This document shows, piece after piece, positions 1-12,589 of a stretch of 64,000 nucleotides of DNA (position 1 is the first letter of the stretch; the number at the start of each line of letters is the position of its first letter). Made by a program: the position numbers and the translations under genes. Source of the DNA: Octopus bimaculoides (Eukaryota); the NCBI RefSeq assembly GCF_001194135.2, contig NC_069003.1, forward strand, positions 5,333,737 through 5,397,736. Direction: 5' to 3'. The notes beneath the pieces were generated by a model. That model did no database searches and was not told where the DNA came from. It worked only from the letters and a program-made list of their open reading frames with translations.

Positions 1-349
1 GACAGAGGAATCAGGCTCTTATTTCCCAGCCATATCACTTCATTAGTTCCAGGTTCTGTGGTGAGGAATGTGAAGCATCTTTCAATAACATTTCATTTCA
101 AAAGCCATCACCATTTTGTTTGTTGCTTTTCTTTTTCCTTCCATATTTTATTTTTTTTTTTTTTGGTGAGGAGGGGTTGTTTTGTTTTGCTTTTGCTTTT
201 TAGAGTTACTTTTTTTAGTTTTTTTTTTTTGTTTTCTCTTGCCACATCTCACATTCTTGATTGCTGCCCCCACATCAACTTTATTACATCATCACCTTCA
301 TATCATCATCACCACCATCATCATCATCATCGTTGTCAGCCCCCTCATA

Positions 350-600
350 TCCTTTATCGTTTACTTATTTCAGCCATTAGACCGTGGCCATGTTGGAGCA
401 CTGCCTAAAAGAATTTTAACCGAACAAATCGACCCCAGTACTAATTTTTAAAGCTTGGTTCTTATTATGACAGTCTTTTTTGCCAAACTGCTAAGTCTCT
501 TTGTGTCTGTATTTGTCCTCCACCACCACCGCTTGACAACTGGTGTTGGTGTATTTATGTCTCTGTAACTTAACAGTTCAGCAAAAGTGACTGATAGAAT
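350..600. mobile_element. SINE-B fragments in opposite orientations (minus-strand tail joined to plus-strand 3' half)
   Basis: 350-498 matches the reverse complement of the SINE-B tail seen elsewhere (TTTCAG.CATT.GAC.GTGGCCATG.TGGAGCAC...TTTGCCAAACTGCTAAGT); 505-600 matches the forward SINE-B body (TTTGTCC...GCTTGACAAC.GGTGTTGGTG...ACTTAACAGTTCAGCAAAAG). Confidence 0.75.
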
Positions 601-861
601 GTTGCACTCACAGTTGCAAGATCATGGTTTCAGATCCTAGACTGACTGGTGCATTGCATTCTTGAGCAAAACACTTCATCTCGCGTTGCTCTGCAATTAC
701 TTTGACACACCTGAATGGTGGAGAAAAGTAGTTGGTGGTCTATGCTCCACAGGGAGAGGATGGCTTATGTAAGTAATACATGACATGCTGCCTGCTACCT
801 TCACTGCACTATGTCACTCTGCCAAATATCCTGACATCCACCATATCCGTTCCTCTAGAAT

Positions 862-1950
862 TTTTTCTCACTTTAAATTCTTTCATTCAGTTTTCAATTG
901 CTATACCATGACACCACTTTCAAGGGTTTCGATCAATTAAATTAACCTGCATAGGCCTTCTTTCAGGGCAACAAAATCCAAAAGGATAGCTGGAAGCAGG
1001 ATACTGAAGCAGAGCTGAAAAAGCAAAGATCTAACTGGAGAGAAGCAGAAAAAAAACAGCCTGGTGTTGAGAACAGGAGAGAAATGTAGTAAATGCATTA
1101 TACTCCATGGGGAGCAAATTGCTTCTGTAATACATTACATGTTGCCTTCTCCATTCCCTGCACCATGTGCCTCTGCCATACATCCTGGTTATTCACCACA
1201 TTTGTTCTAGTTTATTTTTCTTGCTTTTATACTCGTTTATTCTCTTTTTATTTCCATGCTGCAGCCCCACCTTTAAGGGTTTCATCCAATTAAATTAACC
1301 CTGATAGGCCTTCCTTCAGTGCAGCAAAATCCAAAAGGACAGCTGGAAGTCAGATACCACAGCAGGACTGAAGAAGCAGGGATCCAACGGGAGAGATGCG
1401 GAAAAAGACAGCCCAGGTTTGAGAACAGTATGGAAAAGTCATTGAATGTCCTACACTACATGAAGAGCAAAAGGCTTCAGTAATACCCCACATGTTGCCC
1501 TCTACATTCACCACACCATATGACTCTACCATACATCCTGGTTATTCACCACATTTGTTCTTCTACTTTATTTTTCTTGCTTTTATACTCTTGTATTCAG
1601 TTTTCAATTGCAATGCTATGCTACCATCTTCAAGAGTTTCATTCAATTAAATTAACCCTGATAGGCCTTCTTTTAATGCAGCAAAATCCAAAACCATAAC
1701 TGAGGACAAGGCCCGAAATTTGGGGGGGGGGGGCAGTCGATTAGATCGATGCCAGTACGCAACTGGTACTTAATTTATCGACCCTGAAAGGCTGAAAGAC
1801 AAAGTCAACCTCAGCGGAATATAACTAGGGACAGGGTACTGAGGCCGAAATGAGAAAGGATCCAAAAGGAGAGAAGCAGAAAAGACAGCCCAGAGTCAAG
1901 ATCAGAGTAGAAAAGTGGTCGCTGAACTCACTCCATTACAAGTGAAGTGC
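862..1950. repeat. Degenerate ~355-bp tandem triplication
   Basis: Anchor CAAAATCCAAAA at 972, 1325 and 1682; CATACATCCTGGTTATTCACCACATTTGTTCT near 1177 and 1530; third unit interrupted by a SINE-A fragment. Confidence 0.85.
1706..1826 (-). mobile_element. SINE-A 3' fragment
   Basis: ACTGGTACTTAATTTATCGACCCTGAAAGG.TGAAAGACAAAGTCAACCTC is the reverse complement of the SINE-A core. Confidence 0.8.
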
Positions 1951-1965
1951 TTTAGCAAGTAAGTA

Positions 1966-2005
<40 letters not shown>

Positions 2006-2150
2006 ATATTGCTTTAGCAAGTAATATATATATAGCATCAATTAACTTGATACACAAAGCATCTTAACATAAGTATAAACTCAACTGACACACATAGCAT
2101 TTAGGAATACAGCTTGGTGAACTGGTACACATGACATCTATAATCTAGGG

Positions 2151-3084
2151 CAGTGGTTCTCAACTGGGGGTCCAAATGACCCCTGGGGGTCCATGCAAGC
2201 AAAATAGTAAATTGGGTGCCCAATGTAGTATATTAAGGGACCATGGAAAAAGTTTTGCTTTAGATGTATTCATTGCAGGAAATGGCTGAATTCCTTTTTC
2301 TTTCTCTAATGTTCGACCTACACAAGTAAACATGTGAAAAGTAAAATAAGCATTTTGAAAGAGGTAGCTATAAAACTAATTTATGAACATGGAATGGCTA
2401 TGGGGGTCCATTGGAATAAAATAGTAATCAAAGGGAGTCCATGCAAGCAATATAGTAAATTGGGAAGCCACAATAATATTTTAAGGACCCCTGAAAAGAT
2501 TTAGTTTTAGATGTATGTAATTGGTATGTATTGCAGGAAACAGCCAGGTTTTATTCTCTGATATTTTACATAGTTTAACCTACACAAGATAATACATGAA
2601 AAGCAAAATGGGAATTTTGAAAGAAGTTTCTATAAAACTAATTTATGAACATGGAATGGCTCTGGGGGTCCATCGGAATAAAATGGTATTCAAAGAGAGT
2701 TCATAGATAGAAAACGGTTGAGAACCACGTTTTACCATAGTTCAACCTACATAAGTGAATGTGTGAAAAGCAAAATAGGAATTTCGAAAGATGTTTCTAT
2801 AAAACTAGTTTATGAACATGGAATGGCTCTGGGATAGGGTCCATCAATAAAACAGTAATCAAAGGGCACCAGAGATCACAAAAAAGAAAAAGTGGTTGAG
2901 AACCACGTTTAACAGAGTTCAACCTACACAATACATGAAAAGCAAAATAGGAAATTTGAAAGAAGTATTTATAAAACTAGTTTATGAACATGGAATGGCT
3001 GTGGGGTGGGGTCCACTGGAATAAAACAGTAATAAAAGGGATCCCTAGATTTAAAAAAAAAAAAAAAGCAGTTGAGAACCACTG
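2151..3084. mobile_element. hAT (Charlie-like) MITE with internal tandem duplications
   Basis: Starts CAGTGGTTCTCAAC (2151) and ends GTTGAGAACCACTG (3084); internal blocks repeated; extra GGTTGAGAACCAC ends near 2717 and 2893; flanks ATCTAGGG/ACCTATGA are only a degenerate 8-bp TSD. Confidence 0.8.
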
Positions 3085-3343
3085 ACCTATGAAGTATTAT
3101 TTTGACTGTAAGAGATGTACAGCATCAATGACTAAGGAATATAGTGTGAATCTTTTTTTTTAAGTGTTACATCAAAGAAGTATTTAAAAATGTCTGTGCC
3201 CCCATCTGTATTCTTACCTCATAAACGCAGGCATTATTAATCCTGAAGTAGACAGAACATATCCAAGGTGAACATTTTAGAATAACTTTTTAAAAGCGTG
3301 TTAAGACTCCTCACTGTTTGTCATAGATATATACATAAACACA

Positions 3344-3376
<33 letters not shown>

Positions 3377-3997
3377 ACATGCATATATAGATGCCTGTAC
3401 GATGCGTGTGCCTGTATACTATAAACACTTGTGTCACAGAACTTATAAGTTCGCTGGCAGCTTGACAATACTTTGGTTGTGTATGCGAGAGAGTGTGCAC
3501 TTGGCTGTGTGCGTGTGTGCGTGTGTGAAGTTGGTTTTGAGTGTGTCAGTGTGTGCAGTTCTAGATGTGTGTATGCATGTGTGAGGGGGGAGAGAGAGAG
3601 AGAAAGAGAGAGTTTGCTAATAGTGGTAGTAGTATCCTAAGAATTAAGCAACAGAGGAAGTAGGATGAGTGAACAAGTGTGGAAGCAGGAGATGATGAGA
3701 TGAGGAGCGGGAAGAGTATAATTAGAACATGTACGTGTGTGTGTGTGTGTGTGTGTGTGTTCGCGTGCGATGGGATGGGGGTGGATCGAAAGGGAGTGGA
3801 GTGAGAATTTGAACAGAACAAAAATGCAAACCAAGACAAAAAAAACAGAAAAGCAAAGATACAAAATATGTAAAAGAAAAAATAAAATGAAAATAAAAAA
3901 AGATAAAAGTTAAAGAAAATGCAATTAAATTTAATTAAATATTTTCCATTCGTTGAATAATATAGTCTTTTTTTTATTTATTTACTTTTTTTGTTTC

Positions 3998-4370
3998 TTT
4001 CATCTTGTACTTATTTCAGTCGTTAAACTGTGGCCATGCTGGGGCACTAGCTTGAAGAATTCTTAGACAAATGAATCGACCCCAATACTTTTTTTTCATA
4101 AACTTGGTACTTATTCTATCGGCCTCCTTTGCCAAACTGCTAAGTTACAGAGAAGTAAACTCAAACACTAGTTGTCAAGGGTGGTGGAGGACAAACGCAT
4201 ATATATATATATATATATATATATACACGACAGGCTTCTTCCAGTTTCCGTCTACCATATCCACTGACAAGGCTTTGGTTGGAAACGAGGCTACAGCAGA
4301 AGACACTTGCCCAAGGTACAACATAGTGGGATTGAACCTAGAACTATGTCGTTGAGAAGCAAGCTTATTA
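3998..4370 (-). mobile_element. SINE-B with internal (TA)n
   Basis: Near full-length reverse copy: tail, internal (TA)n at about 4199-4224, GACACTTGCCCAAGG block, tRNA-like head. Confidence 0.85.
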
Positions 4371-4755
4371 CTTGGTAAATATTCTATTTCCAAGAACAAT
4401 CTGCTTAACATCCAAAGCGACCCCATTCTGCTTCCATGTGAGCCCACAGTGCCACCAAGTTAAGTGGCACTACCCTGGTTTAAAATCCACTGACTCAGAA
4501 CATGGTTATGTCATTTGCGTGTGCCATTCACTGCTTGGCATTTGTCAAGTAAGCCAACTGAAAAGACGGGATGGTCACAATTGGAGAGGCTTTCACTCAG
4601 TGGTCTTCTTGCTTCCAGTGGTAAGTTCAGAGGAACACTTGATGCTACGTTCAGACAAAGGACATGTTTTCCACCTTTGTTTGTAGCCAATACGAGAATC
4701 TAGACATACAGAAACGGAGGGCACAGCGAGAAGACCACAACATCACCTGGCTGCA

Positions 4756-5172
4756 TCTTACTATAGTGGGCGTTATGTCCATCTGTCTGTCTGTGTGTCT
4801 GTACCCTCTTCATGGTCAAATGGCTAGACCAATGATCACAATGTTTTTTCAGGATTATGTAGGAGGGAATCAGTAAGGTTTTTAGCGGCAAAAATGTGAA
4901 GAAGTATGATTATTTGGTAGATACTGAGGGTAATTGTTCAGTTTACAGGCATAAAAAAAGTAAATAAAAATTAAGGGGGAGAGAACTAATAAAAGAAGCA
5001 AAGGGAAGTAAGTCAACTTCCTACTATAATGGCCATTATGTCCGTCTGTCTGTCTGTCTGTCTGTTCCCTTTTCACGGTCAAATGGCAGCACCAATAGCC
5101 ATGATGTTTTTCAGGATTACAAAAGAGGTAATCAGGGAAAAATGTGAAAAAGTATGATTATTTAGTGGATAT
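4756..5172 (+). mobile_element. Two tandem Helitron-like 5' ends
   Basis: TCTTACTATAG (4756, preceded by A) and TCCTACTATAA (5019), each followed by TTATGTCC, (GTCT)n and a shared ~110-bp block; lies directly upstream of a Helitron helicase remnant. Confidence 0.55.
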
Positions 5173-5360
5173 CAAGTTTTGTATTAATAAACCGCCTTTG
5201 ATGTTTTTTCTTTTATTAAAATTCCAGCGACAAGGATTAACTCTGGATTCCTCCCCCGTATAGTTTGTGAATTTAGAGGGTTTAGATTTGTGATACTATC
5301 CCTTTATTTCCCATCATAGATGGGCAGATTCCTAAAGATTCTGTTCGCACGTTCCCAGCA

Positions 5361-5529
5361 AACAAGGCACAAGGCCCAGACTTTAAATCGTGTAGGTGTA
5401 TATTTTCACCCACTCCGATCTTTACACATGGTCAGTTATACGTCACAATGAGTAGAGCAACGGATGCCAATAATTTTTAAAATTAGTGTCAACCAAACAG
5501 AAACTATTGTCTACAAAGATGTTTTGTAA
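5361..5529 (+). pseudogene. Helitron RepHel helicase C-terminal remnant (PIF1-like), frameshifted
   Basis: Manual translation across frameshifts: NKAQG / QTLNRVGVYF / PIFTHGQLYVTMSRAT (5421-5459 FTHGQLYVTMSRA) / TIVYKDVL* (stop 5527-5529), matching the Helitron NKxQGQT, HGQLYVAxSR and NxVYxEVL end motifs. Confidence 0.85.
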
Positions 5530-5559
5530 TTGTATTGATATTATCGAAAGGAATATTTC

Positions 5560-5824
5560 CCACTTCCTGATGTTTAGTGCGTCTTTCTTCCAACCAGTTC
5601 ATCGGGCTTGACACAAGTATCGTTCTTCTTCCTCTGTTTCTTCTTTTCCCTTCAATCTTTCCGGTCTTTGCTAAATTCTCCAGGTCCTCTTTCCTCATCA
5701 CATGACCAAGAAACCTCAGTTGCTTGGCTCTTATCTCACAAAGCAGTTTCCTATTTACCAAGGCCTGCATCATCACTTCTTCATTAAACACTTTGCCAGT
5801 CCATCCCATCCTCAATATCCTCCT
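5560..5824 (-). pseudogene. RTE-clade LINE ORF2 C-terminal fragment
   Basis: ORF 5504-5860(-): RRILRMGWTGKVFNEEV...RKLLCEIRAKQLRFLGHVMRKEDLENLAKTGKIEGKRRNRGRR, typical post-RT region of RTE elements. Confidence 0.85.
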
Positions 5825-5834
5825 TATATACACA

Positions 5835-6061
5835 CACGACGGGGGTGCTGGAAAGTTCATGACTTTGGGTAAAAGAAAATACAGGAGGAGGATCAGTTAA
5901 TTTATGATTTTATTCTACATATTCCCCTCTCAGATTCACACACTTATTGCAGCAATCCTTCAGTTTTTCTGAGTCCTGTAAAAGAACTCTGAGGGTTGGG
6001 CCTCCAGCCAGGCCTTTCACGATAGCCTTAAGGCCCAAAACTTTTCAGTACCCCACTCATA
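5835..6061. mobile_element. Mariner-derived MITE (~227 bp)
   Basis: Imperfect TIRs CACGACGGGGGTGCTGGAAAGTT / AACTTTTCAGTACCCCACTCATA, resembling TACGAGGGG-type mariner ends. Confidence 0.65.
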
Positions 6062-6296
6062 AGTTAAGTTCTTTAACCCTCGGCAATGGAGTAATGGGTC
6101 ACTGATAAAGATTAATCAAATCCGAAATCAGCACTGATATGACTCCATCTCATTTGCCAGTCATTAGAAAAATGCTAACACGTGACTGAAAGCATTACTC
6201 CTAGCAATGCTGGTGCTGACTAGTACCCTCACTCACTTTAGTGAAGATTATACTTGTTACATTTCAGTTGTAAATTGTGAATAGCCACCTTAACAA

Positions 6297-6332
<36 letters not shown>

Positions 6333-6811
6333 GTTAAAGAGGACAACAAACGTTAAGGCAAGGCAAACATCTCAAGCTGTACACATTATTATTATTATTG
6401 GAAAAAATGCTTCTTTTTTTCTTCTCTTTCTTCTCTCTCTCTTCATCTCCTTATTCCTTTACTCCTGTCCTCTATGTCATCATTTCATTAATCTATACCC
6501 TTCTCATTTTCCCTATTTGTCTCTGATGATGGAATATCCCATACTCATGGATATTCCAGAAATAGCTGTAAGACTTTGAATTTTTTCCCACATACGACAG
6601 TTTTGCAAAAAATATTTCTGACTGAAAATATCATACATGCATGGAATTAAGATTTTATGCACCCAGCAAAGTATTATTGTTAAGCTGAAACTGTTGCTTA
6701 TGTAAACAAACGAAATGGTAAGGTGAAACTATTTTTTCGCTTTCTGAAAAAGCAATGTTTTTGGACTTACGACACTTTTGCATAATAGCAACAATATGTG
6801 TGTGTGCATGT

Positions 6812-6856
<45 letters not shown>

Positions 6857-7369
6857 TACAAATGTAGATTTAGTTTTTTTTATTTGGTTTGCAATATTCT
6901 TGCATTGTTTGGATTAGCTCATCCTTTCTTTCTTATTCTTGTATAAATATTGCTTCCCAGTGCAACAGCAGTAAGGAATGCTCAATCCAAAAGATTGATG
7001 GTTCAAATCTACACACCTCTGACCCTCCTAACGTCACTTCAACATCCAGAGGGAAGATTTCTAGAAACTATGCAGAGCTTAGAAGTAGGATGATTCCCTG
7101 GAAGGAGGAGGACGGATAATGTCTTTATTGGAATTATTGACATCAGACACCGAAAGTAGAGTAAGGTGAAACAGATACAGCGAAACGGCATATTTAAAGG
7201 ATTTCATACTGAGATGTGAATGTGGAATTCATGTGTACTTTTATTAGTCTTATTTTGGCTGTTTCTACTTTTATAATCATGTAATATTTCAAGACACATA
7301 CACACAAACACACACATATATAAATGTATATATGTGTGTGTGTATGTATATATATATATATATATATAT

Positions 7370-7414
<45 letters not shown>

Positions 7415-7561
7415 TCTATATATATAAACACGAAATTATCCCTAATTGTGGTTTGGAGTTTGACTGCTTCTTCTAGCAGGTTAGATGTCCTATTATGGAC
7501 ATCTCTCTAATGTGTTTAAATGTAAACTGTATGTATTTATATATATATATGTATATATATT

Positions 7562-7781
7562 ATTTTCTGTTGTTGTTTCAGTCATTTGACTGTGGCCATG
7601 CTTTAGCGCCACCTTTAGTCGAACGAATCGTCCCCAGGACTTATTCTTTGTAAGCCTAGTACTTATTCCATCAGTCACTTTTGCCGAACCACTAAGTTAC
7701 GCAAATGTAAACACACCAGCATCGGTTGTCAAGTGATGGTGAGGGAACAAACATAGAGAGAGATAGATAGATAGATATGTA

Positions 7782-7828
<47 letters not shown>

Positions 7829-7970
7829 GCAACAGGCTTCTTTCAGTTTCCATCTACCAAATCCTCTCACAAGGTTTTGGTCAGCCCGAGACTATAGTAG
7901 AAGACTATAGTCTTCTACTATAGTCTTCTACTGCCCAAGGTGCCACGCAGTGGGACTGAACCTAGAACTA
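7562..7970 (-). mobile_element. SINE-B with internal (GATA)/(TG)/(TA) microsatellite and local palindromic rearrangement
   Basis: Same blocks as other SINE-B copies; perfect 36-bp palindrome at 7890-7925. Confidence 0.85.
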
Positions 7971-9169
7971 AGCATTCCATCCAGCGTGCTAACGATTCTG
8001 CCAGGCCACCACTTTACAATCGTATTGTATAATGCTTAGCATACATATCAGTCCAGACATGTAAACATAATTTATTATTCGCTGAAAGTTTTACTACACG
8101 ATAAAGGTTGTGAAACAGTCACAATCATAAGATTTGACAACTGGTTAAATAAATATGTTCACATCTCATATCTTCTGACATTTTATGGTTTATATATATA
8201 TATATATATATGTATATAATCACCATTTAACATCCTTTTTCGTAACGCTGGTATATAATACCATTTGTGTATCACAAGACACATCCCAAGATATCTTGCA
8301 GCAGACACTGATATGCGTCATAGAGGAGTGCACTTCATAAATAAAACGAGAACATGTAAAAAGATACAGTCACAAGCAAGACAAGAATCGGATATGGAAA
8401 GCAAATACTTCTAATAGTGTATCAAAGGTCTCCGACTGACATTGAATTTCTAAGAAAGTGGAACAAGAATAAGAATAGTACTTGTAAGAAAAGGCGGGAA
8501 ACCAGTGCCGCAAGTCCATTTTTAGGTCTTGCATTATCATTATCATCATTCAATGTTAGTGTTCCATGTTGGCATGAGCTAGATCACTGGTACCCGAAGT
8601 GGGCGGTACCATCCCCTCACTCTGGGGGCAGTGGAAAGAGATGGGGAGGGAGGGGCGTTGAAGAAAGATGAGGTGATAATAGGTGACCAAAACGGGTCAA
8701 TGGATGTAAAGAAAACAAACAAAATAAGGGTTAATTAGGTTACGTCTTATTTGTGAAATACTGCTGTTTTTTTTTATTTGCTGCAGAAAATGGTCTGTGT
8801 CGGTGATGGTGAGGGGTGGGGCACTAGGAATATGACCTTAGAACCAAGGGGGCAGCAGCCTGAAAAAGTTTGGGAACCACTGGGCTAGATGGATGAACAG
8901 GAGCCAACAGGACAGAGGACTGTTTCAAAATTTAATGTCGGCTTTGGCATGGTTTCTTCGGCTGGCTGCCCTTCATAATGTCTAACACCCTTCCTAGCAT
9001 GACAATCCAAAGTGCTGAAGATATATTCTGAAAAAATTCATTATATGGCTAAATTTTGACAGGATCTAACAATCCATCACCGGAGATATCCCAATACTGT
9101 TGGATGACAAGTTTGTTGCCCTAATACTGTAGGGTGTCAAGCTGCATTTATGTTAACATGTGTGTGTGT

Positions 9170-9442
9170 GTGTGTGTGTTGTGTTCTTGAGCAAGACACT
9201 TTATTTCACGTTGCTCCAGTTGACTCAGCTGTAGAAATGAGTAGTGACGTTGCTGTTGCTAAGCTGAATCGGCCTCTTTGCCTTCCCCTTGGATAACATC
9301 AGTGGCATGGAGAAGGCAGGCCGATATGCATGGGTGACTGCTGGTCTTCCATGAACAACCTTGCCTGGACTTGTGCCTCGGAGGGGGACTTTCTAGGTGC
9401 AAATCCCACGGTCATTCATGACCGAAGGGGGTCTTTATCCCT
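9170..9442 (+). mobile_element. SINE-C, head missing
   Basis: GTGTTCTTGAGCAAGACACTTTATTTCACGTTGCTCCAG...CATGACCGAAGGGGGTCTTTA; reverse copies at 26178-26521 and 40405-40745. Confidence 0.85.
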
Positions 9443-10984
9443 TTATTGACACTGACATCAATGTCTCAGACACTGCAGTCCGACGATGGCTTAACCTACC
9501 AAAACTTCAAAGTCACTATCAAGAAAGTACAGAATAACTCATCAGATTAATGTAAAATTGTTTCTATTATAACTGAACATAAAAACAAACATTAACAATA
9601 TATGTANNNNNNNNNNNNNNNNNNNNNNNNNNNNNNNNNNNNNNNNNNNNNNNNNNNNNNNNNNNNNNNNNNNNNNNNNNNNNNNNNNNNNNNNNNNNNN
9701 NNNNNNNNNNNNNNNNNNNNNNNNNNNNNNNNNNNNNNNNNNNNNNNNNNNNNNNNNNNNNNNNNNNNNNNNNNNNNNNNNNNNNNNNNNNNNNNNNNNN
9801 NNNNNNNNNNNNNNNNNNNNNNNNNNNNNNNNNNNNNNNNNNNNNNNNNNNNNNNNNNNNNNNNNNNNNNNNNNNNNNNNNNNNNNNNNNNNNNNNNNNN
9901 NNNNNNNNNNNNNNNNNNNNNNNNNNNNNNNNNNNNNNNNNNNNNNNNNNNNNNNNNNNNNNNNNNNNNNNNNNNNNNNNNNNNNNNNNNNNNNNNNNNN
10001 NNNNNNNNNNNNNNNNNNNNNNNNNNNNNNNNNNNNNNNNNNNNNNNNNNNNNNNNNNNNNNGACGGTGGTGGGAGTGGTGGTGGGGTTGGTGGTGGTGG
10101 TGTCCAGACATGTCCACTGCCCTCTACCAGTCATATGAATATAAATACATGTATAAATATACACGTGAACAACATATATACATGTACATACATCTACATG
10201 TAAGTCAATATACATAAATAGGTGTGTACATACACACACTCACAAACCCATACATACATTCATATACACACACAGACACACGCGCTCACACACATTCACA
10301 TATATACAAATACACACACACATATATACATACACATATACACACACATATATATATAAACACATATACACACATGCATATATACATACATACACATAAA
10401 AATACACATACATACACATAAAATTACACATATTCATACATATAAAAATACACATATTCACACACACACACACACACACTACAACCTTGCATAAGATGCT
10501 TTGTAGCATTCTTTCCATCTCTGCGATATTCTTCCCCTCATTTCCCCCCTCTCCCCCTCCCTCTCTATCAGTCTATCTACCAATCTATGTAGTTCTCCAG
10601 AGGAAACTAGCTGTGCTCAGCCTTACAGACGGATGGGCTCCCTCAATCTGACCTGGGGCTAAACAGCACCAACAATAACAAGCTGAACAGAGTGAAGTTA
10701 TGACAAAGACAGTGATTGGTTATCAAAATGTAAAACTGTATATACACTCTGCTGAGGTATAAAGTGTAGGTGGAAGTCAGCATGATTTAAATGGTTCCAG
10801 GTTCAACCCTAATAATATCCAGCATCTGAGCAAGTGTCCTCTACTGTGCCAAACCAACCAGTGCTTTCAACCAGTGAATTTGGTAGAAGGAAACTGTGCA
10901 GAAGACCATTGTGTTTATTCAAATACACATATATATATATAGATAGATAGATAGATATATAAGCAAATAGCTTCATTGCCAAGT

Positions 10985-11017
<33 letters not shown>

Positions 11018-11065
11018 GCATGGATATATATATATAGCTGCATCTAAGAAAGTAACAGCTAGTTC

Positions 11066-11096
<31 letters not shown>

Positions 11097-11313
11097 TGGA
11101 TGGATGGATGTGTATGTGTGAATGTAAGTATGTGCGTATGCATGCTTGCACACCTGTATGCATGTATGTTATGTATGTGTGCACATATGTATCTATGTAC
11201 TTACGTATGTATGTGAGTATATAGGCATGTAAGTTAGAAGATGTGCCTGTGTGTATATGTGTATGTACATGTGAACGTATATCTATGTACTGATATGTGT
11301 GTCTGCATGTATA

Positions 11314-11377
<64 letters not shown>

Positions 11378-11990
11378 AAATAGTGGACAATGGTTGGTGT
11401 TAGGAATGAAATTCAGCCATAGAGCCCATATCAATACAGACAATGCAAGCCTGGTGTGGCTCCTGTCAAACTGTCCAACCCATGCCAGCATGGAAAAACA
11501 GACATTAGAAGATGATGATGACGATGATGATTATGAAAGGCCAGCAGTCTTGAAGGGAACAGGGAGTGGGGTTAAGACTTGAGAGGCCGATCCTAGACCT
11601 GCACAATCAGAACTTGCCTGGGGTTAAACAACAAGGACAAAACAAAAAAATTTAAAACAAAAAGATAGAGTAAAAAAAAAACAACCATGAAAACTAAATA
11701 TATACGAAAATTGGCCAAGTTCTCACAGCAAAGTGTCAAACGCTTAGCCATTAAGACGCTTCCTTCATCTTCAGAAACGGTCAGCATGTCTCCAAGATGT
11801 TTGAAAGAGTCTGTCTTCACACTTTGTTTTACGATTTCTTCGTTATTGTTTTCTGATGCAAAGGCAGAGATATTAGGATACAACTAAAGTGACATGCACG
11901 CACGCGCACGTGTGTGTGTGTGTGGTGTGTTATGTGTGAATACGATTGTGCGCGTGTGTGTATGCCAGCACAGATATGTAATACACATGA

Positions 11991-12051
<61 letters not shown>

Positions 12052-12408
12052 NNNNNNNNNNNNNNNNNNNNNNNNNNNNNNNNNNNNNNNNNNNNNNNNN
12101 NNNNNNNNNNNNNNNNNNNNNNNNNNNNNNNNNNNNNNNNNNNNNNNNNNNNNNNNNNNNNNNNNNNNNNNNNNNNNNNNNNNNNNNNNNNNNNNNNNNN
12201 NNNNNNNNNNNNNNNNNNNNNNNNNNNNNNNNNNNNNNNNNNNNNNNNNNNNNNNNNNNNNNNNNNNNNNNNNNNNNNNNNNNNNNNNNNNNNNNNNNNN
12301 NNNNNNNNNNNNNNNNNNNNNNNNNNNNNNNNNNNNNNNNNNNNNNNNNNNNNNNNNNNNNNNNNNNNNNNNNNNNNNNNNNNNNNNNNNNNNNNNNNNN
12401 NNNNNNNN

Positions 12409-12459
<51 letters not shown>

Positions 12460-12550
12460 TATATACATATATATATATATATAAAGTATATATATGTATG
12501 TATTTAAATATATATATACATGCATATATGTGCTTGTGTGTGTGTGTATG

Positions 12551-12589
<39 letters not shown>

